Below are positions 54,598 through 64,000 of a stretch of 64,000 nt of DNA, one piece after another. The stretch spans positions 1 through 64,000 of the forward strand of contig NW_026515637.1 in NCBI RefSeq assembly GCF_000738915.1, given 5' to 3'. The number at the start of each line of letters is the position of its first letter. Position 1 is the stretch's first letter. Under the pieces are notes generated by a model, which worked only from the letters and a program-made list of their open reading frames with translations, made no database searches and was not told where the DNA came from. Source of the stretch: Nematocida ausubeli (taxonomy: Eukaryota). The position numbers were made by a program, and so were the translations under genes.

Positions 54598-55259
54598 ACG
54601 GAAGAGCACTTTCTAGTGTAGAATGTCATCTTCTTTTGGTATAGGCATTACAGCAGCATATTTAAGACAGAAGAGACCTCTCTGCAACAAATAGCGCACT
54701 AAAGACTATGCTGAGAAGAGAAAAAATGTGAATATCACATAAGACATAAATTCGGTAGACTCTCTAAGCATACCTCTAATTTTAAAAAACAGCTTTTTCT
54801 ATGTGCGCTTCATTTTAAGGTTCAGATATACTAGATGCTAAGAGTCTTTTTGCAGTGTATAAAGAGCAGCAGCATGTAATAGAGCTTGAAAACAACCCTA
54901 TCTTTTCCTTTTCACCTTTCCTTAATAGAAATAAATAAATAGTCTAAATACAAACCCTTCTAAAGCTATCGCATTGGGTTTCTCTGTCATGCCATCTATC
55001 CTATCCATGCAGTGAGCTTTTTCTAAAGTTAACTTTCTATCCAATAATAAATGCAATGCTATGAAGCACATATATAGACTTCTGTATTTGCTAAATTCTA
55101 GTGCATCGGCATGCACCTCATTACCAAGCATAATCTCTGTTTACATAGAATAAACTATCTAACTGTGCATTTATTTATATGGCAAGCTTTATTAGCGTGG
55201 CCTAGTGTGCTACAGTATGCAGCAATGTGTATATAACAGTTGACGACGAGAAAAATTTT

Positions 55260-58200
55260 ATGGAGAATATTGTGCTGCACCATACAAAAACAGCTAGCTA
55301 TGAAAGCCCGCGCTTGTCAAACAGCTTTATACTGAGCGGCACTGCAGTATACAACCAGCGCACGCATGCACAAATAACAGAGAAAATAGAAGAAGAGATC
55401 ACCCCAATTGCATTCTATGCAGCTGAAGCAGGAGACGTCTTCAAAGTGGCAACCAAGGAGGGCCACATCTTTAGAGCTGAGAAGAAAACAAACTACGAGT
55501 GGGAGTGTGTTGGCGAAATGGAAGAGGCTATTTTAAATGCGTTTTTTAATCAAACAACTGGAAATATTGTTATTCTCACGGAAAGCGAGGTCATCTTGCT
55601 TGATAAATACTTTAATCTTGTGAAAAAGGAAGAGTATAGCGAAGAGCTAAGGGAGCTTATAGAGAAAGATCCTCTAAAAGAGGAAATTTATGCTGAGTGG
55701 TCAATCGATGGAAAATACATTTTCCTGCTTGTCGCATCTGTTCTAGCCATATACACATACAATCTGGAGCCTATTGCTGACACAATCACAGTTTGCAACA
55801 AGATTATGAACAGCCGGCTCATGCAGACAAAAAAGTATCTACTAAATGAAAGTGCATATGTGGACAGCATGAAGAGGGTGTCTGTAGGAAATGACACAGA
55901 AGTTGAGGTAGAAGATACCCTGGAAAAGAATAGCGTTGTGTTTGAAAAAAGATCCAAATACAAACTAGCCAGCTGGCATAACCGATTCTCACTCATATAT
56001 GCAGTAACAGATCAGAATACAATCCATATTTTAGAGAGAAATGGCCTGAAGTACAAGGAGCTCTTCCACATTCGGGAGTGTGACAGGAAAGAAGAAAAGA
56101 TAGAGAGCAACCATATTGTATCAATTCGGTCGTACAATGACTATATGTACATCATAAACCAAGAAGGCACACAGTTTTATCTGAAGATATACTATATTAA
56201 AAACAACTGTCTATACTTGAAAGTGAACCAAAACATTGCACAGATGGGTAGAGAAGAGGGAGAAGAATCCCTGCCAATTACTGCAGTGCAAGATATGGTA
56301 TTGTCACCGCAGTATGGGGTAAATATTGTTCTAAACGCACACATTGTAGGATTTCTACAGACCACATGTGTCAATCGAACAGCAAGAGATGTGATCGACG
56401 TGGACGGTTCAAGACTTATCATGTACGATCTATCTAAATGCCCTATCCCCCCTCCCATGTATAGCAGAGAGGTAAAAATAGAAGGCGTTCCAACTGATCT
56501 GCATGCCTTCTCTAGTGGGGCAGTGACTTACAAAGTTGAAGCCCAGAAATATACCCGAGTGCTATCAGACATGGCAGACACTGCAAGTGTTGGGGAGCCA
56601 GAGAATGTAAGAATTCCATGTCTGTCTACAGAGCAGAACCCAGAAATTTGCGAAAAGATCAGCGCAATGAGCATACATAAGATGGAGAATGAAACTGAGC
56701 ACAGTACAGAAATCCCAGCTGTATTAGACAACACTAAGATGTCTCTGTGCGGGCGCACTGTGCTGCTTACTCTCAATAGAGAAAGCATGTCACTGACTAT
56801 ACAGTGCAACGGTACTATTGCCAGAGTAGAGGGCGTTACTTCCATTGCCCCAGTCACCACAGACCAAGACTATTTGCTCGTCTCTGCTAAGGTACAGGCA
56901 TGGACAGAGATATACCGAGTGTCAATTGCCTCAAATGATGCAGATGAGATAGCAGTATGCCAAGAGAGAGTAGCTCGGACAGGAAAGGACAGCAGAATAG
57001 TTTTTGTCTCAGAAATTGCTGTTATAGCAATAGATGTATATGGCATGCTTGAAACCTTCTACCTTGGCTTTTTACTGGAGAATAAAATAGATAAACTTGT
57101 GCGCGCTGGAGAGCTGGCAAAGTCTGCTTCGCTGGCCAAGAAGCACGGGCTATCAATAGTCAGATATCTGGATGCCATCTCTCAGAACCTTCTTCAAAAC
57201 AGGATAGACGCCCGCACTCTGCTTCAAATAGCCACACTTCTTTTCAGTGAAGAAAACGATAAAGCACACCATGTAGTTAGCCTAATAGAGCAGTATGCTG
57301 TCAAAAAAATCAATTCTATGCTACTCCAAACAGCAGAGAAAAATTACAATGCTTGCTCTTTAGATGCAGACGTTTATGCATGGTGCAGCATTGCAGTGGA
57401 AATATATACATTTAAGCGCTCTCCAGAGCTTATTGTCAGACTTGCTGAAAAGTTTACCTCTAAGGAAATAATTTCCCCAAAGCACTTTTCAACCACAGAG
57501 AAGCACGCGATTCCAAAACGCATTATAGAAAAGTGCATAGGTGCAATCTCTCCAGCGGTTCTTCTCCAGTGCTCTTTAAATGTGTACGCATATACCCTGT
57601 GCTATATTATTATGCAGGCGACTGATACCCCAACCGACGAGACAAATGACATTCTCTTAGTTGGTTCCTCTGATAGAATAGATCCATTTAATTCCTATGA
57701 AGAAACAAAAAGAAGACTTAAAATTGCAAGAGTGGCTAAAGACAAAAGAAAACAAACTCTTTACATGATAAAGCAGCATATTTTAGAGAGAGAGAACACA
57801 GGCGGGTCTCTATGTCTCTCTGCAACTCAGAATCTTAAGCTAAGCATTGAAAAGGAATGCATCAGAGACTTTTATCTGTACCTGCTGGATATGGATAGTC
57901 TGTGCGCTGACGAAGTCACTCCAGAAGAGATAGAGTCCTCTTCTTTTGTGGACACAGTGCAGTCCTTACTCCTTTTATCAGGCGATGCCTTAGTCAAAGA
58001 AGGTGATCATGCGCAGGCACTCAATTGCTATGCGCAATCTGGAAGAGAGGCCCTCGAGAAAGTATGCAATTTGCAAATGAAACTGGGTCTTTGGAGAGAG
58101 TTTTTCTCGGCACCAGGCAGTCAAACTCCACAGAACATTCAGAAAATGGAAGAGGTTCTTGTCTTACAGAAGAACATTCTGTCTGCTGCAGAGCTAAACT

Positions 58201-58931
58201 TGGAAATAGGCTCTGTTTCTAAGGGCTTGAGGTATCTTATAGACATTGAGGAGTATGAAAAGGTCTTGGCATATATACAAGGCCAGTCAGAGCCGGCTAC
58301 ATGTATTCTTGACTCTCTTCTGCAGAAAGCAAGAGCATATTCACATAGTGTGCAGAATACAACAGAGCAGTATTCACAAAACACCATGCGGTTGGTCTCT
58401 GTACGAGAGAGAAAAGATAGGGAAAGAGAAGAAATACACAATGGTATGTTTGCTGACGATGATTGTGACACCACATACACTCGATCATTTATCACAAACA
58501 CGTTTTTATCCAGCAACACAAGCAATGCAAAGAAAAAGAAGAGAAGTTCAAAGCTTAGAAACACAGTGGGAGGAAGATATGAAGAAGAATACGTGCAATA
58601 TGTATTAAGCGAGCTAATTTTAAAAACTAAAGCTCAAATGGCCTGCATGCAGCACATTGCAAGCATACTTAAAGATATTCAAGAAAAATGCGCTGTAAGC
58701 ACAAACTATGCAACAGAAGCAATTAGAGGTCAGATTCAGGATAACACAAGAGAAGTAGAAAGCTACAGAAACAATCTTAGAGCATTCTATGATATAATGC
58801 AGAAAACAAAGGAAACTGACTTTGTCTCTAAAAACACAGAGGACGATCTTTTATATGATCCAGATCGGCCCATAATAGAAGATCCCTGCACAATGGATAT
58901 TCATGTATATCTTTCTGCAATAGATCACTAG
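55260..58931 (+). CDS. ELP1: Elongator complex subunit Elp1/Iki3
   Basis: LERNGL, KNNCLYLK (cf. SNYHWYLK), VDG...PIPPPM, GMLETFY (cf. GNLETIY), C-terminal TYTRS...KKKR...GGRYEEEY. ATG at 55260. Confidence 0.85.
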   Translation: MENIVLHHTKTASYESPRLSNSFILSGTAVYNQRTHAQITEKIEEEITPIAFYAAEAGDVFKVATKEGHIFRAEKKTNYEWECVGEMEEAILNAFFNQTTGNIVILTESEVILLDKYFNLVKKEEYSEELRELIEKDPLKEEIYAEWSIDGKYIFLLVASVLAIYTYNLEPIADTITVCNKIMNSRLMQTKKYLLNESAYVDSMKRVSVGNDTEVEVEDTLEKNSVVFEKRSKYKLASWHNRFSLIYAVTDQNTIHILERNGLKYKELFHIRECDRKEEKIESNHIVSIRSYNDYMYIINQEGTQFYLKIYYIKNNCLYLKVNQNIAQMGREEGEESLPITAVQDMVLSPQYGVNIVLNAHIVGFLQTTCVNRTARDVIDVDGSRLIMYDLSKCPIPPPMYSREVKIEGVPTDLHAFSSGAVTYKVEAQKYTRVLSDMADTASVGEPENVRIPCLSTEQNPEICEKISAMSIHKMENETEHSTEIPAVLDNTKMSLCGRTVLLTLNRESMSLTIQCNGTIARVEGVTSIAPVTTDQDYLLVSAKVQAWTEIYRVSIASNDADEIAVCQERVARTGKDSRIVFVSEIAVIAIDVYGMLETFYLGFLLENKIDKLVRAGELAKSASLAKKHGLSIVRYLDAISQNLLQNRIDARTLLQIATLLFSEENDKAHHVVSLIEQYAVKKINSMLLQTAEKNYNACSLDADVYAWCSIAVEIYTFKRSPELIVRLAEKFTSKEIISPKHFSTTEKHAIPKRIIEKCIGAISPAVLLQCSLNVYAYTLCYIIMQATDTPTDETNDILLVGSSDRIDPFNSYEETKRRLKIARVAKDKRKQTLYMIKQHILERENTGGSLCLSATQNLKLSIEKECIRDFYLYLLDMDSLCADEVTPEEIESSSFVDTVQSLLLLSGDALVKEGDHAQALNCYAQSGREALEKVCNLQMKLGLWREFFSAPGSQTPQNIQKMEEVLVLQKNILSAAELNLEIGSVSKGLRYLIDIEEYEKVLAYIQGQSEPATCILDSLLQKARAYSHSVQNTTEQYSQNTMRLVSVRERKDREREEIHNGMFADDDCDTTYTRSFITNTFLSSNTSNAKKKKRSSKLRNTVGGRYEEEYVQYVLSELILKTKAQMACMQHIASILKDIQEKCAVSTNYATEAIRGQIQDNTREVESYRNNLRAFYDIMQKTKETDFVSKNTEDDLLYDPDRPIIEDPCTMDIHVYLSAIDH

Positions 58932-59539
58932 AGAATAATAAACTTTAATATTATCCTTTTGTCTGCCTGCTTTATATTTGAGGCATCTTTTTTATAGTAA
59001 AATAGTATTCTAAACTGTACCATTTTTTTATATAGACTTTCTAAAAGTAAATGCTTTCCATATAGTATGAAGTGTTTTCAGAAGTATTTAAAATAAAATA
59101 TTTGGATCAACTATAGAAACCCACAGAAGAAAGTCAGTGAATGGCAGGTCCTATAATAAATGCTCTTTTCTCCAGAATAATATCCACTTTATGCTACTAT
59201 TTCAGAGCTATTCCTCCTCTTTTCATATCACTATGATAATATGCAGTACTCTAGCCAATCGCAGCATTCTATGTCAAAGTAGTCATTTATTTTATGTTCT
59301 GTGCGCTCTGCTGCTATTATTACAGTCTGGCATTCCTTGTGTGCCATACTATTTTCAAAATCGCACATTATTTAACAATATGCTTCTAACCTGCACTCTG
59401 AGCATTTGCACTCCAATTATTTATTTAAATAGTACTATAGACATGCAAAGCTATAGAGAGGAAAATCTATCACACACCCTTTAACTATACATTATAAGAG
59501 CGCCGTGAGTCATGCCAACTGAGTTAGCCACAGATAACC

Positions 59540-59884
59540 CTAGCCTCTGCTGCCTATTGTATAATATGCATTTTCTGGATATGCATACTCCTCTGCGCTC
59601 TCAGGCGCCGTCATAAGATCTATAGAGCATATTGACACTCCTTTGCACATCATGCTGGATGGAGCCTCCTGCATAAGCTCTCCTAAGTCCAGGCTTTTAT
59701 CCTCCTGCTCTGAAAAAGACGCCATTTTTCCATCCCCCAGGACTATATTTAGCAGCTGGTCATACCCCAATAGACACCCAGTCACTTCTATCCCGCCAAA
59801 AAAGCATATTCGTACCTTCTTTCCTACGTATTTTTCCAAGTCAAAGACCTGGTCTCGTTTACTTGCCTTCTCATCTTCTTGCAT
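59540..59884 (-). CDS. LSM7: Sm-like protein LSm7
   Basis: DLEKYVGKKVRICFFGGIEVTGCLLGYDQLLNIVL (Sm1, LSm7-type) and CKGVSICSI (Sm2). Confidence 0.8.
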   Translation of the reverse strand: MQEDEKASKRDQVFDLEKYVGKKVRICFFGGIEVTGCLLGYDQLLNIVLGDGKMASFSEQEDKSLDLGELMQEAPSSMMCKGVSICSIDLMTAPESAEEYAYPENAYYTIGSRG

Positions 59885-59899
59885 ATTTTTTTAGTTGGC

Positions 59900-60880
59900 A
59901 TGCCGCTTATTTCTAGAAATGTCTTGCTCAAACTCTCGTACAACGGCCAGAACTACCACGGCTTTGCATACCAGCCAGGCCTTCCAACTGTGGAGCACCA
60001 TTTATTCCTAAGCTTTCTAAAGGCCAAATTCATCCAGGCAGAGGAAAAGCAGGTCCGCCCAAGCACCTTCGTGTGGCCAAAGGAAATACTTTCAGGCATC
60101 GCTGAGAGGAAGTATTACAAGTGCGGCAGAACAGACGCAGGCGTTTCAGCAGCCTCCCAGTTTATATCGCTTTTTCTGCCTGCACCTGCAGGAAAGGAGT
60201 ATCCGTATGATCTGATTCTTAACCAGCACCTTCCCGAGGACATCCGAGTGCTTGGATGGATGTTTGTGGATGACCAGTTCAGCGCCCGGTTCTCGTGCAT
60301 ATCCAGGGAGTATGAGTACTACTTTTCTAGGAGAGCAGGCAGCTCTCTATCCATAGAAAAAATGGCAGACGAGTCACAAAAGCTACTGGGCACCCATTGG
60401 TTTGGAAGGCTCTGCAAGCAGGAAAAAGAGGCCTCAAAGAAAAAACGCCTTGAGAAAAAGCAAAAAGTGTCCCCAGATGAGGTGTGTGCAGAAGAGGCCG
60501 TGCGCACAGTCGACTCAATAGTTTTTGAAAAGGTATCAGAGGACAGCGTCACAGGAGTGGAGGTCTATCTAATGCGCATACGCGCAAAGTCCTTTCTGCA
60601 CAACCAGGTCAGAAAGATATTCTCGGTTTTGTATATGTTAGGGACAGGCTCCGATATAGAGCTTGCAAAAATTCTAGATAAAAACCAGCCGCAGAAAAAA
60701 GACATAAAGCTTGCAGACCCCTCCCCCCTTGTGCTGGCGAGCTGCGTGTTTGCAGATACAGATCTAAGCCAGCTCAAATCTGCACAGACAAGGAGCCATC
60801 CTCTCATAAAAATATGCGAGAGTGTGCAGGTAAAATCTAAAGTAAACGAGAGAATAACAAAGGAGTTCTTTTTGCATTAA
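59900..60880 (+). CDS. PUS3: tRNA pseudouridine synthase, TruA family (Pus3/Deg1, positions 38/39)
   Basis: LKLSYNGQNYHGFAYQ, TVE..L, CGRTDAGVSA..Q, LN..LPEDIRV, FSARFSCISREYEYYF, SFLHNQVRKI. ATG at 59900. Confidence 0.9.
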   Translation: MPLISRNVLLKLSYNGQNYHGFAYQPGLPTVEHHLFLSFLKAKFIQAEEKQVRPSTFVWPKEILSGIAERKYYKCGRTDAGVSAASQFISLFLPAPAGKEYPYDLILNQHLPEDIRVLGWMFVDDQFSARFSCISREYEYYFSRRAGSSLSIEKMADESQKLLGTHWFGRLCKQEKEASKKKRLEKKQKVSPDEVCAEEAVRTVDSIVFEKVSEDSVTGVEVYLMRIRAKSFLHNQVRKIFSVLYMLGTGSDIELAKILDKNQPQKKDIKLADPSPLVLASCVFADTDLSQLKSAQTRSHPLIKICESVQVKSKVNERITKEFFLH

Positions 60881-62040
60881 AGCACACAAAGGGAGTTAAT
60901 TTTAATACTAGTACACTTCTAGATCATAGAGAGTGTAGAGAATGCATCTCCTTGCTAGGCGGTATCCCACACACATTTGCCTCCGCGTGTGCATAGAATG
61001 TATATTTGTGTTTAAGTGTACAATAGCTTTCTTTACGCATTAGATGTGGATATTATTACATATACGCATGGGCTTTACTATACGAATTCCAACAAAGAGT
61101 GTGCTTAGTACGGGTAGAGATAGTTATTTAAGAAGAGCCCAAATGATAGGTAGATCACAATAAGTAAGGCTATCTAAATAAAACAAAGGATAAAGTGGTA
61201 TCTCTGGTTTTGTAGTGTGTTGGTAAATCAAAGTTAAGGTTGCCCAGCACGTTTTCTATATTTTTATACGATGGCAGGTCTCTCTATTTATTCTATACAT
61301 TTTTTGGTTTACTCTTTTTCTACTTTCCATATATATGTAAAAAATAAACTCTTCTGTATTTCGTGTGTAAATATTAGATAGAAGGCTTATTTCCTCTAAA
61401 AAAAGACGAAAGCACAGGAAAATCAAAAAAACTGCACAATTCAAAGACCCAGCTGGGTGCTGACACCACACAGAGGAGCTTAATACACAAAACAGGCTAT
61501 GTATGCCCAGCACATAGAGAACACAACCAGAATGCCGCAGCAGTAATACTATAGATTATACCAAAGGAAGAATACATGTATAGCAGCATGTAAATACATT
61601 CATGTAAGCAAACTATAAACAGCACACTCTTGCTCTACAGTCAGGTTACAGCCATAGCAGAGAAGTGCTTGTGCTGTATTGCAATACTGCAGGCCATTCG
61701 GAATGTTTATGCATGGTGCAGCACAGTAGCATCATCACAACACACACTCTGCTCTGTAGTAGTAAAGTATACAAGCAGAGGACAGAAGTAGAAAGCAGTG
61801 TGCAGAAATAAAATAAAAAAGGAGTAAATGCATGTGTCTTTATTGTTTTTTGTGTTGTTAATATACATGTAGAGACAGTTCATTTAGAGGAGTTTAATAG
61901 GAGCTTAGGATATTCGGGCCTGCCTGCGGGGTTGTTTTATCTGTTTTGTGCAGGCAGGATGGGCTTATGTGTGTGCCAGGAATACTATGCGAAGAGTTTA
62001 AAGTGCTTCTTGCTAGGCCCAGGTTTCAGTGCGGGCCTGT

Positions 62041-62133
62041 GATGAGTTTAACTTACCTTGATGAGTTTAAGTTGTCCGAAGAGCTTAAGTTGTCTAGATG
62101 AGTTTAACTTACCTTGATGAGCTTAAGGTATCT
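62041..62133. repeat. Non-coding tandem array of five 18-19 bp units (GAWGAGYTTAA core)
   Basis: GATGAGTTTAACTTACCTT / GATGAGTTTAAGTTGTCC / GAAGAGCTTAAGTTGTCTA / GATGAGTTTAACTTACCTT / GATGAGCTTAAGGTATCT; outlier cores at 61887 and 61991. Confidence 0.9.
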
Positions 62134-63794
62134 GCCTGTGCGCAAGTGCACACAGAGGAGAACTAGCAAGTGATTCCTGTGTTTCCCTTGGAATATTTTT
62201 ACAGATTTATGCTCTATTTATACTTATATTTTGGAAAATAGACCTTAATTTACCCGTTCTGGATGCCCCCAATATCCCCCAAAGAGCGCATATACTTTTT
62301 AATATACAAAAAGACCCGCTCTAAAGTGAATATAGACAGGTCTATGGGGGCTGCACCCCCAATATGCCCGAGTAAGGGTAAATTGCGCAGGAATTGCGCA
62401 GCCTGGCTGTGTACCTCACACGCATAGAGTATAGCGCAGAGCGCACAGATGCCATACTGTAATACGCAGTATATAAGCAGTGAATATAAACAGACTGGCT
62501 GGCTTGAATACCTCAGACTGCACTACTAGCCTGAGTACAGACAGAGTTGAGAGATGTGGGCGCACTCTTTTTGTTGCTCTCTTTATGGCATGTGTGAGTT
62601 ATAGAGAGTAGGGCCCTTTCACAGAACAGTCTGCAGTCTCTGCCTCTCGGACACAGCTACCCTTCTAGGAGCTCTGCCCTGCACACACATATGCAGAGTG
62701 TCTCTGTCCTCGCTGCAGTGTGGATGCGCACGCCCTTTCTAGGCAGGAGACCCATCTCAGAAAAAACACCTGAGAAAATATTTTTTGCAGGGGCGCCCCA
62801 GCAGGGCAAAACACAGGAATTTCGGAGAAAATGCCCTCTTCCTTCGGTTTGCAGGGGCAAAAAAGTGCGGAGAGGGAAATTGCTGACGAAAAAGGAAAAA
62901 AATAAAATGCGGTCTATAAATACGCGAAAACTCTGTCTTTTATTCGCAGTGCGAGAGACTTCTCAGCCACAGACGCATAACAGTCGGGTCTGGAAACACT
63001 CAGTGCTGTGGGTCAGCGCGGATGTAAAGCACCACTGGCGGGCATTTGGGCTGGCAGGGAAGTGGTGTGGGGGCCAGTAGGCCGAGGCCCCCTTATATAT
63101 TAATCTCTTCATTGGCACAAGAACCTTGGGCAGGGCTGGCATATAGGTATATAGTACTTAGAAAAGAACAAGAATGTTGTTAAGGAGAAAGAAAGTGCTG
63201 TGTAGAATGCTTGTAGTATAAAAGAGGAGGCTAGTGGATTATAGCATATGTCTTAAGAAACACTTTATATGTAGTGCATTTACAAAAAAGCCAAGTTTTC
63301 CTTAATTAGAATTAGTTGACATCTAAGCATAGTAGCAGTTCACTTTTCATTGTATACATATGCCTGCATGGCATAACAAAATATCTTTTAATTAGCTTTA
63401 AACCTACTTAGTGTACACCAAGTTGTTTGGATATAAAATAGCAATCAAATATCCACTTCTCAAGTATAATTCCATGAGATTGCTGATATATACGAAAATA
63501 ATCCCGGAAAATCTACTAATCAAAAGAACGCTATATAGTTGCATGAGAATGCTCACAAAGCATTGCATATCAATTGCTAAGAACAACCCAGATGTAAAGA
63601 AAAACAGTCATAGTATATCCAAACATCCGCAACAATACACGAATAAAAAGCACTCTAAACAACAAATCTGTCTATTATAGACTGCTATCCCATCAATCGA
63701 GTGCCATTTCCTTGTGCGCACTTCAAAGTATATAGAAAAATCGAGTTATGTAACCTATATTTATTTTAGAATGACAGTCCAATCTATAATTACA

Positions 63795-64000
63795 TTACAT
63801 ATAGTAAACCACTCTACGAGTTCCGCCTCTTCCAAAGCCGCCCTCAAATCCGCTAAAGCCTCCGCCGCCAAAGCCACCTCCAAAGCCTCCGCCAAAGCCG
63901 CCTCCATTCATTAATATTTCAAATAGATCGGCTCCGTTGTGGCTATCTCTTCCATATGAGCCATTAGATCCTTCATATTGGTCCATTACATCATCATTGT
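63795..64000 (-). CDS. 3' end of a gene with a Gly/Phe-rich C-terminus (possibly a J-domain co-chaperone), truncated by the window edge
   Basis: Frame is open to the window end (NDDVMDQYEG...DLFEILMNGGGFGGGFGGGFGGGGFSGFEGGFGRGG); a G/F tail after D.FE is typical of DnaJ-type proteins. Confidence 0.55.
   Translation of the reverse strand, partial: NDDVMDQYEGSNGSYGRDSHNGADLFEILMNGGGFGGGFGGGFGGGGFSGFEGGFGRGGTRRVVYYM

Noticed and set aside
40447..62018. CTTGCTAGGC at ~40448, ~60951 and ~62009
   Set aside because: Three copies of a 10-mer, two of them shortly after stop codons; too few to distinguish from chance.
62041..62133. CRISPR-like array or hammerhead ribozyme cores (TGATGAG)
   Set aside because: Eukaryotic context with no cas genes; the variable parts are only 7-8 nt and are themselves repeated. 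There is no CTGANGA core with a downstream GAAA and stem II.
62691..63080. 129-aa ORF in the GC-rich gap
   Set aside because: No recognisable motif, composition driven by A-runs, and it overlaps a TATA box and hairpins; more likely non-coding.
62050..63092. U1 snRNA (ACTTACCT near 62051 and a U1-like 3' hairpin)
   Set aside because: The two elements are ~1 kb apart, no U1-70K loop or clear Sm site is present, and no introns are evident in any gene in the window.
1..64000. tRNA or rRNA genes
   Set aside because: I did not recognise any cloverleaf with a T-loop GTTCRA plus acceptor stem, or any rRNA conserved block. A tRNAscan-SE/barrnap run would be needed to exclude them formally.

Overview
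This is eukaryotic, intron-free, AT-rich DNA from a microsporidian, most likely genus Nematocida. The evidence is three Nematocida large-gene-family-1 (NemLGF1)-like genes, highly divergent housekeeping proteins and CCC/GGG start-proximal signals. The window has two parts. Bases ~1-29.5 kb form an accessory island of predicted secreted or host-exposed genes, nearly all on the minus strand: 3 NemLGF1-like proteins, coiled-coil proteins with internal repeats, a signal-anchor protein with a split RING finger, an LRR protein, and pseudogene relics. Bases ~29.7-64 kb are mostly core genes: 2 ABCG half-transporters, Eaf3/MRG, a Sfr1/Mei5-like protein, Rab11, a homeodomain protein, CCT6, uS7/RPS5, uS14/RPS29, Cdc25, Bud23, Elp1, LSm7 and Pus3/Deg1. 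The most notable observations are: (1) an intact solo retrotransposon Gag/capsid-like gene with a CHHC-type knuckle and no pol or LTR, sitting among housekeeping genes (candidate domesticated capsid); (2) a putative Cys-His catalytic dyad in NemLGF1, with both residues changed to Tyr in one paralog; (3) a recurrent intergenic motif ATTCGGGYTATA; (4) a 984-bp homogenised ABCG nucleotide-binding block joined to divergent membrane domains; (5) a 2.9-kb non-coding, repeat- and hairpin-rich locus near 62-63 kb. All family assignments come from motif recognition by eye; no database searches were run.
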